The notes: generated from the sequence alone by a model not told the origin. Positions 13,701 to 24,087 are shown, counted from the first letter of the stretch. The stretch: DNA of 64,000 nucleotides from Dyella koreensis (GCF_044904565.1 NZ_JADIKD010000011.1:101724-165723); one strand, 5' to 3'. Program-made: numbers and translations.

Positions 13701-14714
13701 ATGACTCACAGCACCGACCGCGCCGACGCCCGCCTCGCCTGGGCACGCTCCGTTCTCGCCGCCCCCGACCTCACCCTGGAACCGGCTTCGGCCGATGCCA
13801 GCTTTCGCAGCTACTGGCGCACGCAACACAACGGCACCAGCTGGATCGTGATGGACTCGCCGCCAGCGCTGGAGGATCCAAAGCCGTGGCTGGCCATCGG
13901 CGAACGTCTGGCAGCTGCCGGCCTGCATGTGCCCGCTGTGCGCGCTGCGGATCTGGCGCAGGGTTTTCTGCTGATCGAGGACCTGGGTACGCGGTTGTAC
14001 CTATCCGAGCTGCATATCGACAACGTCGACGTGCTTTATGGTGATGCGATGGATGCGCTGCTGCGCATGCAGTTGCATATGGATCACAGCGAGTTGCCGC
14101 CGTTCGACCGCGGCGTGCTCAGCCGTGGCCTGGAGGTGATGCCGGAATGGTTCCTCGGACGTCACCTGGGCCATGCACCTGATCGCGATGAACAAGCCGT
14201 GCTGGCCGCGGCTTTCGAGCTGATCATCCAGAACGCGCTGGAGCAGCCGCGCTGTTTCGTGCACCGCGATTTCCACAGTCGCAATCTGCTGGTCGTGGCG
14301 GACAACAACCCGGGCGTGATCGATTTCCAGGGCGCGCTGTCCGGGCCGATCAGCTATGACCTCGCCTCGCTGTTGCGCGACGGCTATATCGCCTGGCCAC
14401 GCGAGAAAGTAGAGGCCTGGGCCGAGTCTTATCGGCTGCGCCTGCTCGACGCCGGCCTGATCGGCGCTAACGTGGATCGAGCGCGTTTCCTGCGCTGGTT
14501 TGACCTGACTGGCCTGCACCGCCACACCCGGGTACTGGGGCAGTTCTACCGGCTGTGGTATCGCGACGGCAAACCCGGCTATCTGGCCGACGTACCGCGC
14601 ATTTACGAATACGTCGTGTCGGTGGCGCGCAGTTATCCCGAGCTGACTGATTTCATCGCCCTGCTTGAACGCCATGCGCGAGGCCGCGATCTGACCCGGG
14701 TGACCGCGGCATGA
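13701..14714 (+). CDS. amgK: Anomeric MurNAc/GlcNAc kinase AmgK (aminoglycoside phosphotransferase fold)
   Basis: 337 aa APH-family with HRDFHSRNLL...VIDFQGA, and its stop overlaps the start of the downstream nucleotidyltransferase murU. Confidence 0.8.
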   Translation: MTHSTDRADARLAWARSVLAAPDLTLEPASADASFRSYWRTQHNGTSWIVMDSPPALEDPKPWLAIGERLAAAGLHVPAVRAADLAQGFLLIEDLGTRLYLSELHIDNVDVLYGDAMDALLRMQLHMDHSELPPFDRGVLSRGLEVMPEWFLGRHLGHAPDRDEQAVLAAAFELIIQNALEQPRCFVHRDFHSRNLLVVADNNPGVIDFQGALSGPISYDLASLLRDGYIAWPREKVEAWAESYRLRLLDAGLIGANVDRARFLRWFDLTGLHRHTRVLGQFYRLWYRDGKPGYLADVPRIYEYVVSVARSYPELTDFIALLERHARGRDLTRVTAA

Positions 14715-15415
14715 GGCACGCCCTGATCTTCGCCGCAGGGCTGGGCGAACGCATGCGCCCACTGACCAACCACACACCCAAGCCGCTGCTGGAAGCGGGC
14801 GGCAAGCCCCTGATCGCGTGGCATCTGGAAAAGCTGGCTGCCATCGGCGTGCATTACGTGGTGATCAACACATCCCATCTCGCTGAACAATTTCCCGAAG
14901 TGCTGGGGGATGGTTCGCGCTGGGGCTTGCGCATCCGTTATGCCTATGAGGGACCGACACCGCTGGAAACCGGTGGCGGCATGCTCAATGCCCTGCCGCT
15001 GCTGGGGCCGGAACCCTTCATCGCCGTGAGCGGCGACGTCTGGACTGACGCCGATTTCAGCGCGCTACCAGCCGAGCCGACGGGCGTCGCTCACCTGATG
15101 ATGGTCGATAACCCCGCACATCACCCGACTGGCGACTTCCATCTCGACAGCGAAGGCGTACTTCACGAACAAGGCGAGCCGCGACTGACGTTCAGCGGCC
15201 TCGGTGTGTTCCGGCGGGAGCTGCTCGAGGATTGGCGCAAAGTCGTCATCGACGCCACCGACATGGGACCCAGGCCACGCTTCAAGCTACGTCCGCTTTT
15301 GACCGCCGGCATGCAGCGCAATGCCATCAGCGGCCATCTTCACCAAGGCGCGTGGACCGATGTAGGTACGCCGCAGCGCCTGGACGAACTTAACGCACAC
15401 CTGCGCGGCAGCTGA
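14711..15415 (+). CDS. murU: N-acetylmuramate alpha-1-phosphate uridylyltransferase MurU
   Basis: MRHALIFAAGLGERMRPLTNHTPKPLLEAGGKPLI... is a nucleotidyltransferase fold in an operon with amgK. Confidence 0.8.
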   Translation: MRHALIFAAGLGERMRPLTNHTPKPLLEAGGKPLIAWHLEKLAAIGVHYVVINTSHLAEQFPEVLGDGSRWGLRIRYAYEGPTPLETGGGMLNALPLLGPEPFIAVSGDVWTDADFSALPAEPTGVAHLMMVDNPAHHPTGDFHLDSEGVLHEQGEPRLTFSGLGVFRRELLEDWRKVVIDATDMGPRPRFKLRPLLTAGMQRNAISGHLHQGAWTDVGTPQRLDELNAHLRGS

Positions 15416-15567
15416 GCGAAAGACAGACCGGCGCAAAATCCTGCCGGCTTGGACCGCGCCCATGGCGAGCGGTATCCTAAACTCCTCGGTTCTGTAGAGC
15501 GCGCCTGACGGTCGTTCCCCACACTTTCGCCTGCAGGCCGCACCAGTCCCCTTGCAAGGTGTAGAAG

Positions 15568-16668
15568 ATGTCCGAACTGTGGTCCCATTTGGTCAGCTGG
15601 TTCTCCAGCCACGGCGTGCTCCCCGTTCTGCAGTTCCTGCATCTCGAAGGGCTGGCCGGCAACCCGAAAGACATCGCCGAATCGCTGCTGATCGCCGCCC
15701 TGCAGCTATGCATCATCGGGCTCATCTTCCGTCCGCTGGAAAGCCTGGTACCGGCGGAAAAATGGTCTGACCGCAAGCTCACCCGCGTCGACTTCCAGTA
15801 CACGCTGATGATGCTGGTGGGCATCTTCCCGGTTTTCAGCTTCCTAGTGCTCACGCCGATCGCCAACTACTTCGGCGGCCCCGACACCGGCCCCAGCGAC
15901 GCCAGTGTGTCGCCGCTGGCGATCACGCACTGGTTGCCCGCGCTCAAGCAACACCCATGGCTGCTGTTCTTTTGCTACTACGTGATCTACGACTTCGTGT
16001 ACTACTGGATGCACCGCCTGCAGCACGCCCTGCCCTGGTGGTGGGCGCTGCACAGCATGCACCACAGCACACGCCAGATGAGCTGCTGGACCAACGACCG
16101 TGGCAGCCTGATCGACGGCTTCCTGCAATCGATGGTGCTGGCCACAGTCGGCATCGTGATGGGCGTAGAACCCGACCAGTTCGCCTGGCTGGTGCTGCTG
16201 GGCGAGCTGGTGCAGAACTTCTCGCACGCGAATGTGCGCATCGGCTTCGGCCCCGTGTTCAGCCGCGTGTTCGTCGATCCCAAATTCCATCGCCTGCATC
16301 ACATGCTGGTCGACCCGGAGCGCCCCGGCCTGCACAACTGCAACTTTGGGCAGGTGCTGTCAGTGTGGGATGTAGTGTTCGGCACCTCGCTTTACGGCAT
16401 GGCTCCGCGGCCGACCGGCGTGGGCGATCCCACCGTCGACGCGGACAACGATCACGGTCTGATTGGCTTGCACTGGGCGGCTTTCAAGCGCTTCTGGGGT
16501 GCAGTGCGCCGGCCTGCGGGGTGGAAGCTCGGCGAGGTGGCGTTCGGGCCGGATTACGAGCCGATTCCGGTGGAGCAGTGGGATGGGCATGGGATGGTCG
16601 GACATCATCCCGCCCCCCGCGAGAATGTGCCTCAAGGCGTTGCCAGTCAGGAAGCATCAGCGGTCTGA
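15568..16668 (+). CDS. Sterol desaturase / fatty acid hydroxylase superfamily membrane protein
   Basis: Histidine boxes HRLQH, HSMHH and HRLHH, multi-TM. Confidence 0.8.
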   Translation: MSELWSHLVSWFSSHGVLPVLQFLHLEGLAGNPKDIAESLLIAALQLCIIGLIFRPLESLVPAEKWSDRKLTRVDFQYTLMMLVGIFPVFSFLVLTPIANYFGGPDTGPSDASVSPLAITHWLPALKQHPWLLFFCYYVIYDFVYYWMHRLQHALPWWWALHSMHHSTRQMSCWTNDRGSLIDGFLQSMVLATVGIVMGVEPDQFAWLVLLGELVQNFSHANVRIGFGPVFSRVFVDPKFHRLHHMLVDPERPGLHNCNFGQVLSVWDVVFGTSLYGMAPRPTGVGDPTVDADNDHGLIGLHWAAFKRFWGAVRRPAGWKLGEVAFGPDYEPIPVEQWDGHGMVGHHPAPRENVPQGVASQEASAV

Positions 16669-16830
16669 GCCACGTCAAGCGAAGCCCATCTACCGTTACT
16701 CCATCTCTCGCAAAGCCTCGGCACCCGACGTATAGCAACGTTGCTCAGTTCGGGAGCGTGATGCGCTCGACTGGCAATACCCTGGGCATGCTCACCACTA
16801 GACCGGTGCAGCCACCAAGGTTAGATCAAG

Positions 16831-16893
16831 AAAAAAAGCCGCCGGGAAATCCCGGCGGCTTTTGCTTTTCTTCCACGGGGCCGAGGCCCCGTG
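16831..16893. terminator. Bidirectional terminator pair between the desaturase and the TBDR
   Basis: AAAAAAAGCCGCCGGGAaatCCCGGCGGCTTTTGCTTTTC, plus CACGGGGCCgaGGCCCCGTG. Confidence 0.75.
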
Positions 16894-16912
16894 TCTGATC
16901 GGCTTTTAGCTA

Positions 16913-19900
16913 TCAGAAGTCGTACGTCACACCGAAGCGGACATAGCGCGGGGTCTGCGAGCTGATCGGGCGCAGGTAGCTCGAGTTGGTCGAGGTTGCA
17001 TATACCTGCGTCGTGGTCTGCTTATTGAGCACGTTGAAGACCATCACGTTCAGACCGAGCTTCTTATCCGCCCATTCAGGACGATATTCTGCGCTCAGGC
17101 TAAGCAGGTAGGTCCACGGATTGCGCTTGTCGCCCGGACGGAACGGCTTTCCGTTGCAGAAGTGATAGACCGAACCGTAACCGAGGCCCGGGTTGGTCTC
17201 ATCCGCGCCGTAGAGGCCAAGGCAGCTCTGCGGAGTACCCGACAGGATCTGCAAATTGCCAGACACCATCCACTCCGGAGCGATCTGGTACGAGCCATAC
17301 GCCTTGATCTGATGCTTACGATCGTTCGCCAGATAACCGTTGGCGTAATCCATGGCTTGGGCGTAATCCCAGTCCACTGTCGCCGAAACGTCGGTCTGGC
17401 CGATATCGCTGCGCACCTGACCTTCCGAATTGCCATAGCTGCGCGACCACAAGTAGTCGATCTTGCCGTACCACTTGCCGTCGAACGGATGCTCCAGGTA
17501 CAGATTCAAGCCGTAGTACTTGCGCTTCATGGTGGTGTTGAAGCCAAAGTCCTTCTTCCAATCCATCGGAACCTGATAGTAACCACCGGCCAGCTTCGGA
17601 ACGTTGAAGACGGCATTCTTGCCCGGGTTAATCAGAATGCTGCCAGGAACCTGCGTGGCATCGTAGCTGTTCGGATCAATACCCATCGCGTTCATCTTGG
17701 CGATGATCGAGACGTTGTCACCGATATCGTCGATAGCATTGCGCAGGTTGCGATAGGTCGCCTTGGCACCGTAGACCCACGAGTCGCCCAGCTTCTTGTC
17801 GAAACCGAGGATGTATTCATCCTGGTACTCCGACTTGAGGTTCTGAGCCGTACCCACCTTCGGATCACGCGGCTGACCGTATTCGCCGTTGGCAGAGAAC
17901 GGAGTGCCCGCACCCAGGCTGGTGTCGATCGGGGTCAGGCCGGTCGGGATGCCGTTGGCATCGATACCGGTATAGGTGTAGTAGACGCGGGTGTACAGCG
18001 ACGAGCCGGCGGAACGCAGAGCCACGCTAGTCGGCATCGCAAGGTAGTAGCGACCGGCATTACCGTAGACCTTGAAGCTGGAGTCGCCGTTCACGTCCCA
18101 GCTGAAGCCCACGCGAGGCGCCCACTGCGGCGTGGTCAAACGCAGGTACGGCGCGCCTGCGGCGTTGTAGTTGGTGAACTGGTCATTGCGCAGGCCCAGC
18201 TTGACCAACCAGCGGTCGGTAATCTGCCAGTCGTCCTGGATGTACTGCGCACGCTGCGCTACGCGCACCGAAGCGTTGTCGTGGTACTGGTACTTGGCGA
18301 CGTAGTAACCCGTCCCACCGCCCGGATAATTGGCAGTGGCATCTACCCACGGCGAATTGTGCCAATCAGCGCCCGGCTGAGCCGTACCCGGACCACCAAT
18401 GATGTAGGTGCCCGGATCGGCGGCAGGAGCGTTGTACTCCCACGCATAGCCCAAGCCGTTAGACGGGAAGATGGTGCCCGCGTTGGTGTTCTTCACGTCC
18501 TGGTTGTCGATACCGGCCGTCAGAGTGTGGCTGCCCAACTTGTAGGTAAGGTCGACGCGCAGATTGGTGTTGGTCGACTTATGGCCCGGCAGATTGATCG
18601 TGGAGATCGTCTGGTTGTTGGTGATCGGCGTACCGCCATTCAAATCCGGGTTCTGCTGGTCCGGAGTGAACAGGTGCGGGTAGGTCGGATCGAAACCCGG
18701 GGTGTTGCTGTAGTAGGTACCCTTCATCTTGCCGTACATGATCGACAGGGTCAGATCGTCGGTGATGTAACTGGTGAACTTGCCCGAATACAGGTCGGCA
18801 CCGTTCTTGATGGAGGTGTCGTAGTGACTGAACGCACCTTCCTTCAAGGTGGTGTAGTCAAAGTTGTTCAGGCGACCTTCGTACGAAGACTTGCTGGAAG
18901 CACCGGTGATCTCCAACACGTTGCTGTCGGTGATGTTCCAGTCCAGCTTGGTGTACCACTTCGGGCTGTCAATCTTGCCGTGATTCTCAAACGGCGCAGT
19001 ATATGGGCCGACGCCAGCAGTGGTATTGAGGGAGCTGTTGGTACCTTGATTGCGCTCGCCTTCAACAGCTGCGAAGAAGAACAACTTATCCTTGATAAGC
19101 GGACCGCCGACATAGGCCGAAACGGTCGTATTCCAGGACTTGTTGTCCTGACGGTACTGACGCAACCGGCCCTGCGACCCGTCCTTGTTGACCAGGTGGT
19201 AGTTCTTCGGGTCAGCCATCAGATCGGTAGGCGTCCACAGAATCTGACCACCGAAGTGCCATTCGTTCGTGCCGCGCTTGCCGACCTGGCTGATCACGCC
19301 GCCGTCGGAACGACCATAGGCCGCACCGTAACCGCCGCTAAGGATTTCCTGCTGATCGATCGCACCGTACGGCAAGGTCAGACCACCGAAGCCGCTGAGC
19401 GGGTCGGTCGTATTGAAGCCGTTGATGTAGTACGCGTTCTCGGTCACTGACGAACCGCCAAACGACACCAGCGGACCGCCGAGATTGCCGGAGAAGTAGC
19501 CACTGCCCTGCACCACGCCCGGTGCCAGCAAGGCGATTGCCTCGGCACTGCGGGCCAGCGGCAGGCGGGCCAACTGCTCGGAGGTGATCACGGTACGGGA
19601 GTCGACGCCGGAAACGTCGATGGCCGGCAGCGCGTTCGCCGTCACCGTCACGGCGGACAGCGAAGAAGCGTTGGAGGCCGCGGCAAACGACACCTCGGTA
19701 CCCGAACCCACCTTGATGGTGACGTCCTTGCGCGTATCGACAGTGGCGCCACCCTTCTGCAGGGTCACGGTGTAGGAACCGACCGACAGGTTATTGGCGC
19801 TGTAACGGCCGCTGGCATCGACCTGGACCTGACGGGTCAGACCGGTGGCGCTGGTGACAGTCACGGTATCGCCAGGCTCGGCCTGGCCGAAGATGTTACC

Positions 19901-20002
19901 GGTGGTCGACTGAGCGAAGGCCGTGCCGGCCATACCCATCATCAACGCAGCCGCCAACGCCGAATGGCGCAGATAACCGCGATTCAACGAACGAAAACTC
20001 AT
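16913..20002 (-). CDS. TonB-dependent receptor with N-terminal carboxypeptidase-regulatory-like domain (Oar-like)
   Basis: About 1029 aa. It has a signal peptide (MSFRSLNRGYLRHSALAAALMMGMAGTAFAQ), a TonB-dependent receptor plug and barrel, and a C-terminal ...RFGVTYDF. The start at 20002 is preceded by GGGGAG. Confidence 0.9.
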   Translation of the reverse strand: MSFRSLNRGYLRHSALAAALMMGMAGTAFAQSTTGNIFGQAEPGDTVTVTSATGLTRQVQVDASGRYSANNLSVGSYTVTLQKGGATVDTRKDVTIKVGSGTEVSFAAASNASSLSAVTVTANALPAIDVSGVDSRTVITSEQLARLPLARSAEAIALLAPGVVQGSGYFSGNLGGPLVSFGGSSVTENAYYINGFNTTDPLSGFGGLTLPYGAIDQQEILSGGYGAAYGRSDGGVISQVGKRGTNEWHFGGQILWTPTDLMADPKNYHLVNKDGSQGRLRQYRQDNKSWNTTVSAYVGGPLIKDKLFFFAAVEGERNQGTNSSLNTTAGVGPYTAPFENHGKIDSPKWYTKLDWNITDSNVLEITGASSKSSYEGRLNNFDYTTLKEGAFSHYDTSIKNGADLYSGKFTSYITDDLTLSIMYGKMKGTYYSNTPGFDPTYPHLFTPDQQNPDLNGGTPITNNQTISTINLPGHKSTNTNLRVDLTYKLGSHTLTAGIDNQDVKNTNAGTIFPSNGLGYAWEYNAPAADPGTYIIGGPGTAQPGADWHNSPWVDATANYPGGGTGYYVAKYQYHDNASVRVAQRAQYIQDDWQITDRWLVKLGLRNDQFTNYNAAGAPYLRLTTPQWAPRVGFSWDVNGDSSFKVYGNAGRYYLAMPTSVALRSAGSSLYTRVYYTYTGIDANGIPTGLTPIDTSLGAGTPFSANGEYGQPRDPKVGTAQNLKSEYQDEYILGFDKKLGDSWVYGAKATYRNLRNAIDDIGDNVSIIAKMNAMGIDPNSYDATQVPGSILINPGKNAVFNVPKLAGGYYQVPMDWKKDFGFNTTMKRKYYGLNLYLEHPFDGKWYGKIDYLWSRSYGNSEGQVRSDIGQTDVSATVDWDYAQAMDYANGYLANDRKHQIKAYGSYQIAPEWMVSGNLQILSGTPQSCLGLYGADETNPGLGYGSVYHFCNGKPFRPGDKRNPWTYLLSLSAEYRPEWADKKLGLNVMVFNVLNKQTTTQVYATSTNSSYLRPISSQTPRYVRFGVTYDF

Positions 20003-20390
20003 TGTGGATCTCCCCGAAAAAGCCCACGTGGGAAGTGGGCGAAATTGAGCAAAACCATCCGATATATCGGGTGGCAGCCAACCAATTACTGAGGCGCGAT
20101 CCGTAGGCATCCCCCTCGAACCGCCGCGCTCCGTATCCCTCGTCAGATCACGATTTCTTGCGGAATGCATCACGCAAACGCAAGCTGTCGCAGAACTGTC
20201 GCATGGAATAACTCGAACATAACTTTGGCTCTCACAATAAGTCAACAATTAGTTAATGAACGGCGCCGTTATGCCATCTATACGGCATTGGAGAGTCGTA
20301 ATCACTTGAGTGCATGCCATTGGATGACAGATTAATTTCCTACGTCATTTCGTAAGAAATTTCGAATCGGAACTTCACAAACAATCGCCA
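20003..20390 (-). promoter_or_regulatory. AT-rich 5' region of the TBDR with a putative sigma-70 promoter and a leader hairpin
   Basis: TTGACT-N17-TTATGT (about 20214-20242, minus), then a leader of about 215 nt ending with GCCCAC-ttcccac-GTGGGC + TTTTT (20017-20040) only about 12 nt before the SD. Confidence 0.3.
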
Positions 20391-20391
20391 T

Positions 20392-20425
20392 AAAAAAAGC
20401 CCGGGATAATCCCGGGCTTTTTTCA
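20392..20425 (-). terminator. Rho-independent terminator after secF
   Basis: Minus strand GCCCGGGATtatcCCGGGC followed by TTTTTTT. Confidence 0.8.
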
Positions 20426-20447
20426 CAAGGCAATAAACAAAAGCGCA

Positions 20448-21404
20448 TCAAGGCCGCCGCGCCAGCTCCGGATTCTCCTTCGTCTGCGGCATCAGGTCCT
20501 TCTTCGATACGCCCAGCCACAGCAGGATCGGGCTGGCGACAAAGATGGACGAGAGGGTGCCAACCACGATGCCGATCAGCATGGTGATAGCGAAGCCGTG
20601 CACTACCGGACCACCGATGAAGTACAGCGCCGCCATGGTGATGCCGGTGAACAGCGAGGTGATGATGGTTCGCGACAGGGTGCTGTTGATCGAGCGGTTC
20701 AGCACTTCCTCCGGCTCGGCCTTGCGGGCGAGGCGGAACAGTTCGCGGATACGGTCGAACACCACCACCTTGTCGTTGATGGAGTAACCGATCACCGCCA
20801 GCACCGAGGCCAGCACGGTCAGATCGAACTCGCGGCGCATCAGAGCCAGGATGCCGAGCGTGATCAGCACGTCGTGCACCTCCGTCGCCAGTGCGGCGAT
20901 GGCGAAGCGGCGCTCGAAGCGGACCCACAGGTACAGGCCGATGCCGATGATCACGAAGATCGCGGCGACCATGCCGTCGCTGCGCAGCTCGTCACCTACC
21001 TGCGAGCTCACCGAGGAGCGGCTCTTGAGCGTGGCGTCCGGGCGCGTCGCCTGCAGAGCCTTGCTGACGACGTCAGAGACCTTGTCCAGGTTCACCTTGC
21101 CGCCCTCGTCCTTCATGGCGTCGGTGGGCTGCATGCGGATCGAGACTTCCTTGGTGCCGCCGAGGCTCTGCACCACGGCGTGGTCCATGCCTGCCTTGGC
21201 CAGCGACTCGCGCACGTCGGCGACAGCCACCGGTTGCTGGTAGCTCACCTCGGCGGAGATACCGCCGGTGAAGTCCAGGCCGTAGTCCAGCCCACGGGTG
21301 ATCAGCAGGGCGATCGAAGCCAGCATCAGCAGGATGGCGATGCCGATGCTGATCTTCCTCATGCCGAGGAAGTTGACGTTGCTGTTGTGGTTGAAGATTT
21401 CCAT
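20448..21404 (-). CDS. secF: Protein translocase subunit SecF
   Basis: MEIFNHNSNVNFLGMRKISIGIAILLMLASI... Confidence 0.93.
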   Translation of the reverse strand: MEIFNHNSNVNFLGMRKISIGIAILLMLASIALLITRGLDYGLDFTGGISAEVSYQQPVAVADVRESLAKAGMDHAVVQSLGGTKEVSIRMQPTDAMKDEGGKVNLDKVSDVVSKALQATRPDATLKSRSSVSSQVGDELRSDGMVAAIFVIIGIGLYLWVRFERRFAIAALATEVHDVLITLGILALMRREFDLTVLASVLAVIGYSINDKVVVFDRIRELFRLARKAEPEEVLNRSINSTLSRTIITSLFTGITMAALYFIGGPVVHGFAITMLIGIVVGTLSSIFVASPILLWLGVSKKDLMPQTKENPELARRP

Positions 21405-21420
21405 GTGTGTCTGTTCCTCT

Positions 21421-23292
21421 TCAGACCGACAGCGTCTTGAGCTTGCGGCCGCCATGGATCAACGCGGTGATCGCGTGGGTCACGGTGACCGAGGTGAACA
21501 TCGAGGTCAGGATGCCGATCAGCAGCGTGACACCGAAGCCCTTGATCGGGCCGGAGCCCATGGTGGTGAGCGCCAGCGCGGCGATCAGGTGGGTGACGTT
21601 GGCATCCAGAATGGTGGCCCACGCTTTCTCGTAACCCGCGCGGATCGCGGCCAGCGGCGTGGAACCGTTGCGTAGCTCCTCTCGCACGCGTTCGCAGATC
21701 AGCACGTTGGCGTCGATCGCCATACCTAGCGTCAGCACGATACCGGCGATGCCCGGCATGGTCAGGGTGACGCCGATCATCGACATCACGGCAACCAGCA
21801 GCACCAGGTTGAAGAACAGAGCCACATCGGCCACCAGACCGAACAGCTTGTAGTAGATGGCCGCGGCCAGCAGTACCAGGCCCAGGCCGATCAGCACGGC
21901 CTTCAGGCCCTTGGCGATGTTGTCCTGACCCAGGCTGGGACCGATCACGCGCTCTTCGACAATGTCGATAGGGGCCGCCAGCGAACCGCCCTTGAGCAGC
22001 AGCGCCAGTTCCGAAGCTTCCTTCGGGCTGCGCAGGCCGGTGGTCTGGAAGTTCTTGCCGAACACGCCGTTGACGGTGGCGTAGTTGATCACCTCCTCGG
22101 TGACCTTCGGCGTACGCACTTCCTTGCCGTCGACGATCTTGGTGTCCACCACGCGCTCGATGTACACCACGCCCATCGGCTTGCCGACATTGGCAGTGGT
22201 GTAGTCCAGCATGCTCTTGGCGGCCGCTGCATTGAGTGTCACCGAGACCATGGGCGTACCGGACTGCTGGTCGAAGCCGGAGGAGGCATCCACCAGCTGA
22301 TCGCCGCGAGCGATGATCTTCTTGCTCAGCAGGTAGGGGCGGCCGTCCTGACCCTTGTACAGACGCGCATCGGGCGGCACGTTGCCGGTGCGCGCAGCGT
22401 CAATGGCCTGCTGAGGCGTGCCATAACCGCCGCGGTATTCTAGCGTGGCGGTGGCGCCGATCAGCTTCTTCGCTTCGGCAGTGTCCTGCACGCCGGCCAG
22501 CTCGACGATGATGCGGCTATCGCCCTGCTGCTGGATGATCGGCTCGGACACACCCAGCGCATTGATGCGGTTGCGCAGCGTACCCAGGTTCTGGCGGATG
22601 GCGTTGAGCGAGAACTCGCGCAGCTTCTCGGGACGCAATGCGGCATTGAGCACGAAGCGGTCGCCGGTGACCGCGCCATCCTGGGTAGCAAGATCAGGAT
22701 AGTCCGCCGCGATGGCGTTGGCCGCCGCCGTGCGGTCCGCTGCCGAGCGCAGCACCACGGCCACGCCCTGGCCACGAGTGGCGTTGCGACTGACCGAGTC
22801 GTATTGGATGTGCTTGTCGCGCAGCGAGGTACGGATGTCGTCCGCGTAACGCGTTTCCTGCTTGTCGATCACATCGTTCTGATCGACCTCCATCAGGAAG
22901 TGCACACCGCCCTGCAGGTCGAGGCCCAGCGGCATGGAACGCGCGCCAATGGCGGTCAGCCAGTGCGGCACGGTGGAACGGAGGTTGAACGCCACCGTGT
23001 AGTCGTCGCCCAACGCCGCCTTGATCGCGTCGGCCGCGCTCTTCTGCACGTCGCCGTTAGCGAAACTCGCCAGCAGGTGATCACCGGTGAGGGCGAGGTC
23101 CTGGTAGGCGATGTTCTGCTGCTTGAGCGCAGCACCTACCTTCTGCTCGAGCGCCTGGTCGATCAGGCCATTGCGGTTGGCCGTGATCTGCACGGCGGGC
23201 ACCGGCATGAACACGTTCGGCAACGCGTAGACGATGCCCAGCACCAATACGATGGCGACCAGGAAATATTTCCAGCGTGGAAAATCACTCAT
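21421..23292 (-). CDS. secD: Protein translocase subunit SecD
   Basis: MSDFPRWKYFLVAIVLVLGIVYALPNVF..., about 623 aa. Confidence 0.93.
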   Translation of the reverse strand: MSDFPRWKYFLVAIVLVLGIVYALPNVFMPVPAVQITANRNGLIDQALEQKVGAALKQQNIAYQDLALTGDHLLASFANGDVQKSAADAIKAALGDDYTVAFNLRSTVPHWLTAIGARSMPLGLDLQGGVHFLMEVDQNDVIDKQETRYADDIRTSLRDKHIQYDSVSRNATRGQGVAVVLRSAADRTAAANAIAADYPDLATQDGAVTGDRFVLNAALRPEKLREFSLNAIRQNLGTLRNRINALGVSEPIIQQQGDSRIIVELAGVQDTAEAKKLIGATATLEYRGGYGTPQQAIDAARTGNVPPDARLYKGQDGRPYLLSKKIIARGDQLVDASSGFDQQSGTPMVSVTLNAAAAKSMLDYTTANVGKPMGVVYIERVVDTKIVDGKEVRTPKVTEEVINYATVNGVFGKNFQTTGLRSPKEASELALLLKGGSLAAPIDIVEERVIGPSLGQDNIAKGLKAVLIGLGLVLLAAAIYYKLFGLVADVALFFNLVLLVAVMSMIGVTLTMPGIAGIVLTLGMAIDANVLICERVREELRNGSTPLAAIRAGYEKAWATILDANVTHLIAALALTTMGSGPIKGFGVTLLIGILTSMFTSVTVTHAITALIHGGRKLKTLSV

Positions 23293-23412
23293 GCCTTGCA
23301 TCCGTCAAAGCCGCGGCACAGGGCCGCGGCGGTAGCATCATTCGCGTGGAAAGCGCAGGGCGTCCGCCCCGTGCCTAATCACCGCTCTCATCAGAAGAGA
23401 GAGCGGGCCGGA

Positions 23413-23754
23413 TCAGGACGACTTCAGCGTGCCCTTGGGCAGCACCTGAGACACGGCGCCCTTCTGCACCTTGATCTTCACGTTCGGCGCGATCTCGACG
23501 GTAAGGAAGGACTCGCCGACCTCGTCCACGCGACCAGCGATGCCGCCGTTGGTCACCACTTCGTCGCCCTTGGACAGGGCCGAAACCATCGTGCGGTGCT
23601 CCTTCTGCCGCTTCATCTGCGGGCGGATCATCAGGAAGTAGAACACCACGAACAGCAGGATCAGAGGCAGGAAGGTCATCAGCGGGTTCGGCGCCTGGGC
23701 GCCAGCCGCCGCTGGAGCAGCCTGGGCGATCACGAAAGTGGTCGGAAAATTCAT
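23413..23754 (-). CDS. yajC: Preprotein translocase subunit YajC
   Basis: MNFPTTFVIAQAAP...LPLILLFVVFYFLMIRPQMKRQKEH... Confidence 0.9.
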   Translation of the reverse strand: MNFPTTFVIAQAAPAAAGAQAPNPLMTFLPLILLFVVFYFLMIRPQMKRQKEHRTMVSALSKGDEVVTNGGIAGRVDEVGESFLTVEIAPNVKIKVQKGAVSQVLPKGTLKSS

Positions 23755-24008
23755 CTTCTTGTCTCGTAAGTTGCGGCACCGGCAGGAATTTCCGCCAGAT
23801 GCCTGAAAAAGATCGTGGATTATGCCACGCCCCCCGGGTGGCACGCACGGCGGCCTATCCGGCGGCAGGGCGCACCAGCGCTAGCTTATGGGGTGCTTCG
23901 GGTGCCATTTGCAAGCACCCTGCGCCACATTGAGAACTACGCCTCGCCATCACCCCCCTACCCGGGCCTGGGACCGTGAGGCCGCAATTTCGTTCGCCAC
24001 CGCTCTTA

Positions 24009-24081
24009 TGTAGGAGCGCACCCTGTGCGCGAAAACCAGACGAAGTACCGTCCCCAGTCGCCCACAGGGTGGGCTCCTACA
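24009..24081. repeat. Paired inverted REP-like palindromic units (copy 1)
   Basis: tgtaggagcGCACcctgtgCGCg ... inverted tgtaggagcCCACcctgtgGGCga. The same pair recurs at 41990-42066. Confidence 0.7.
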
Positions 24082-24087
24082 GAGAAC

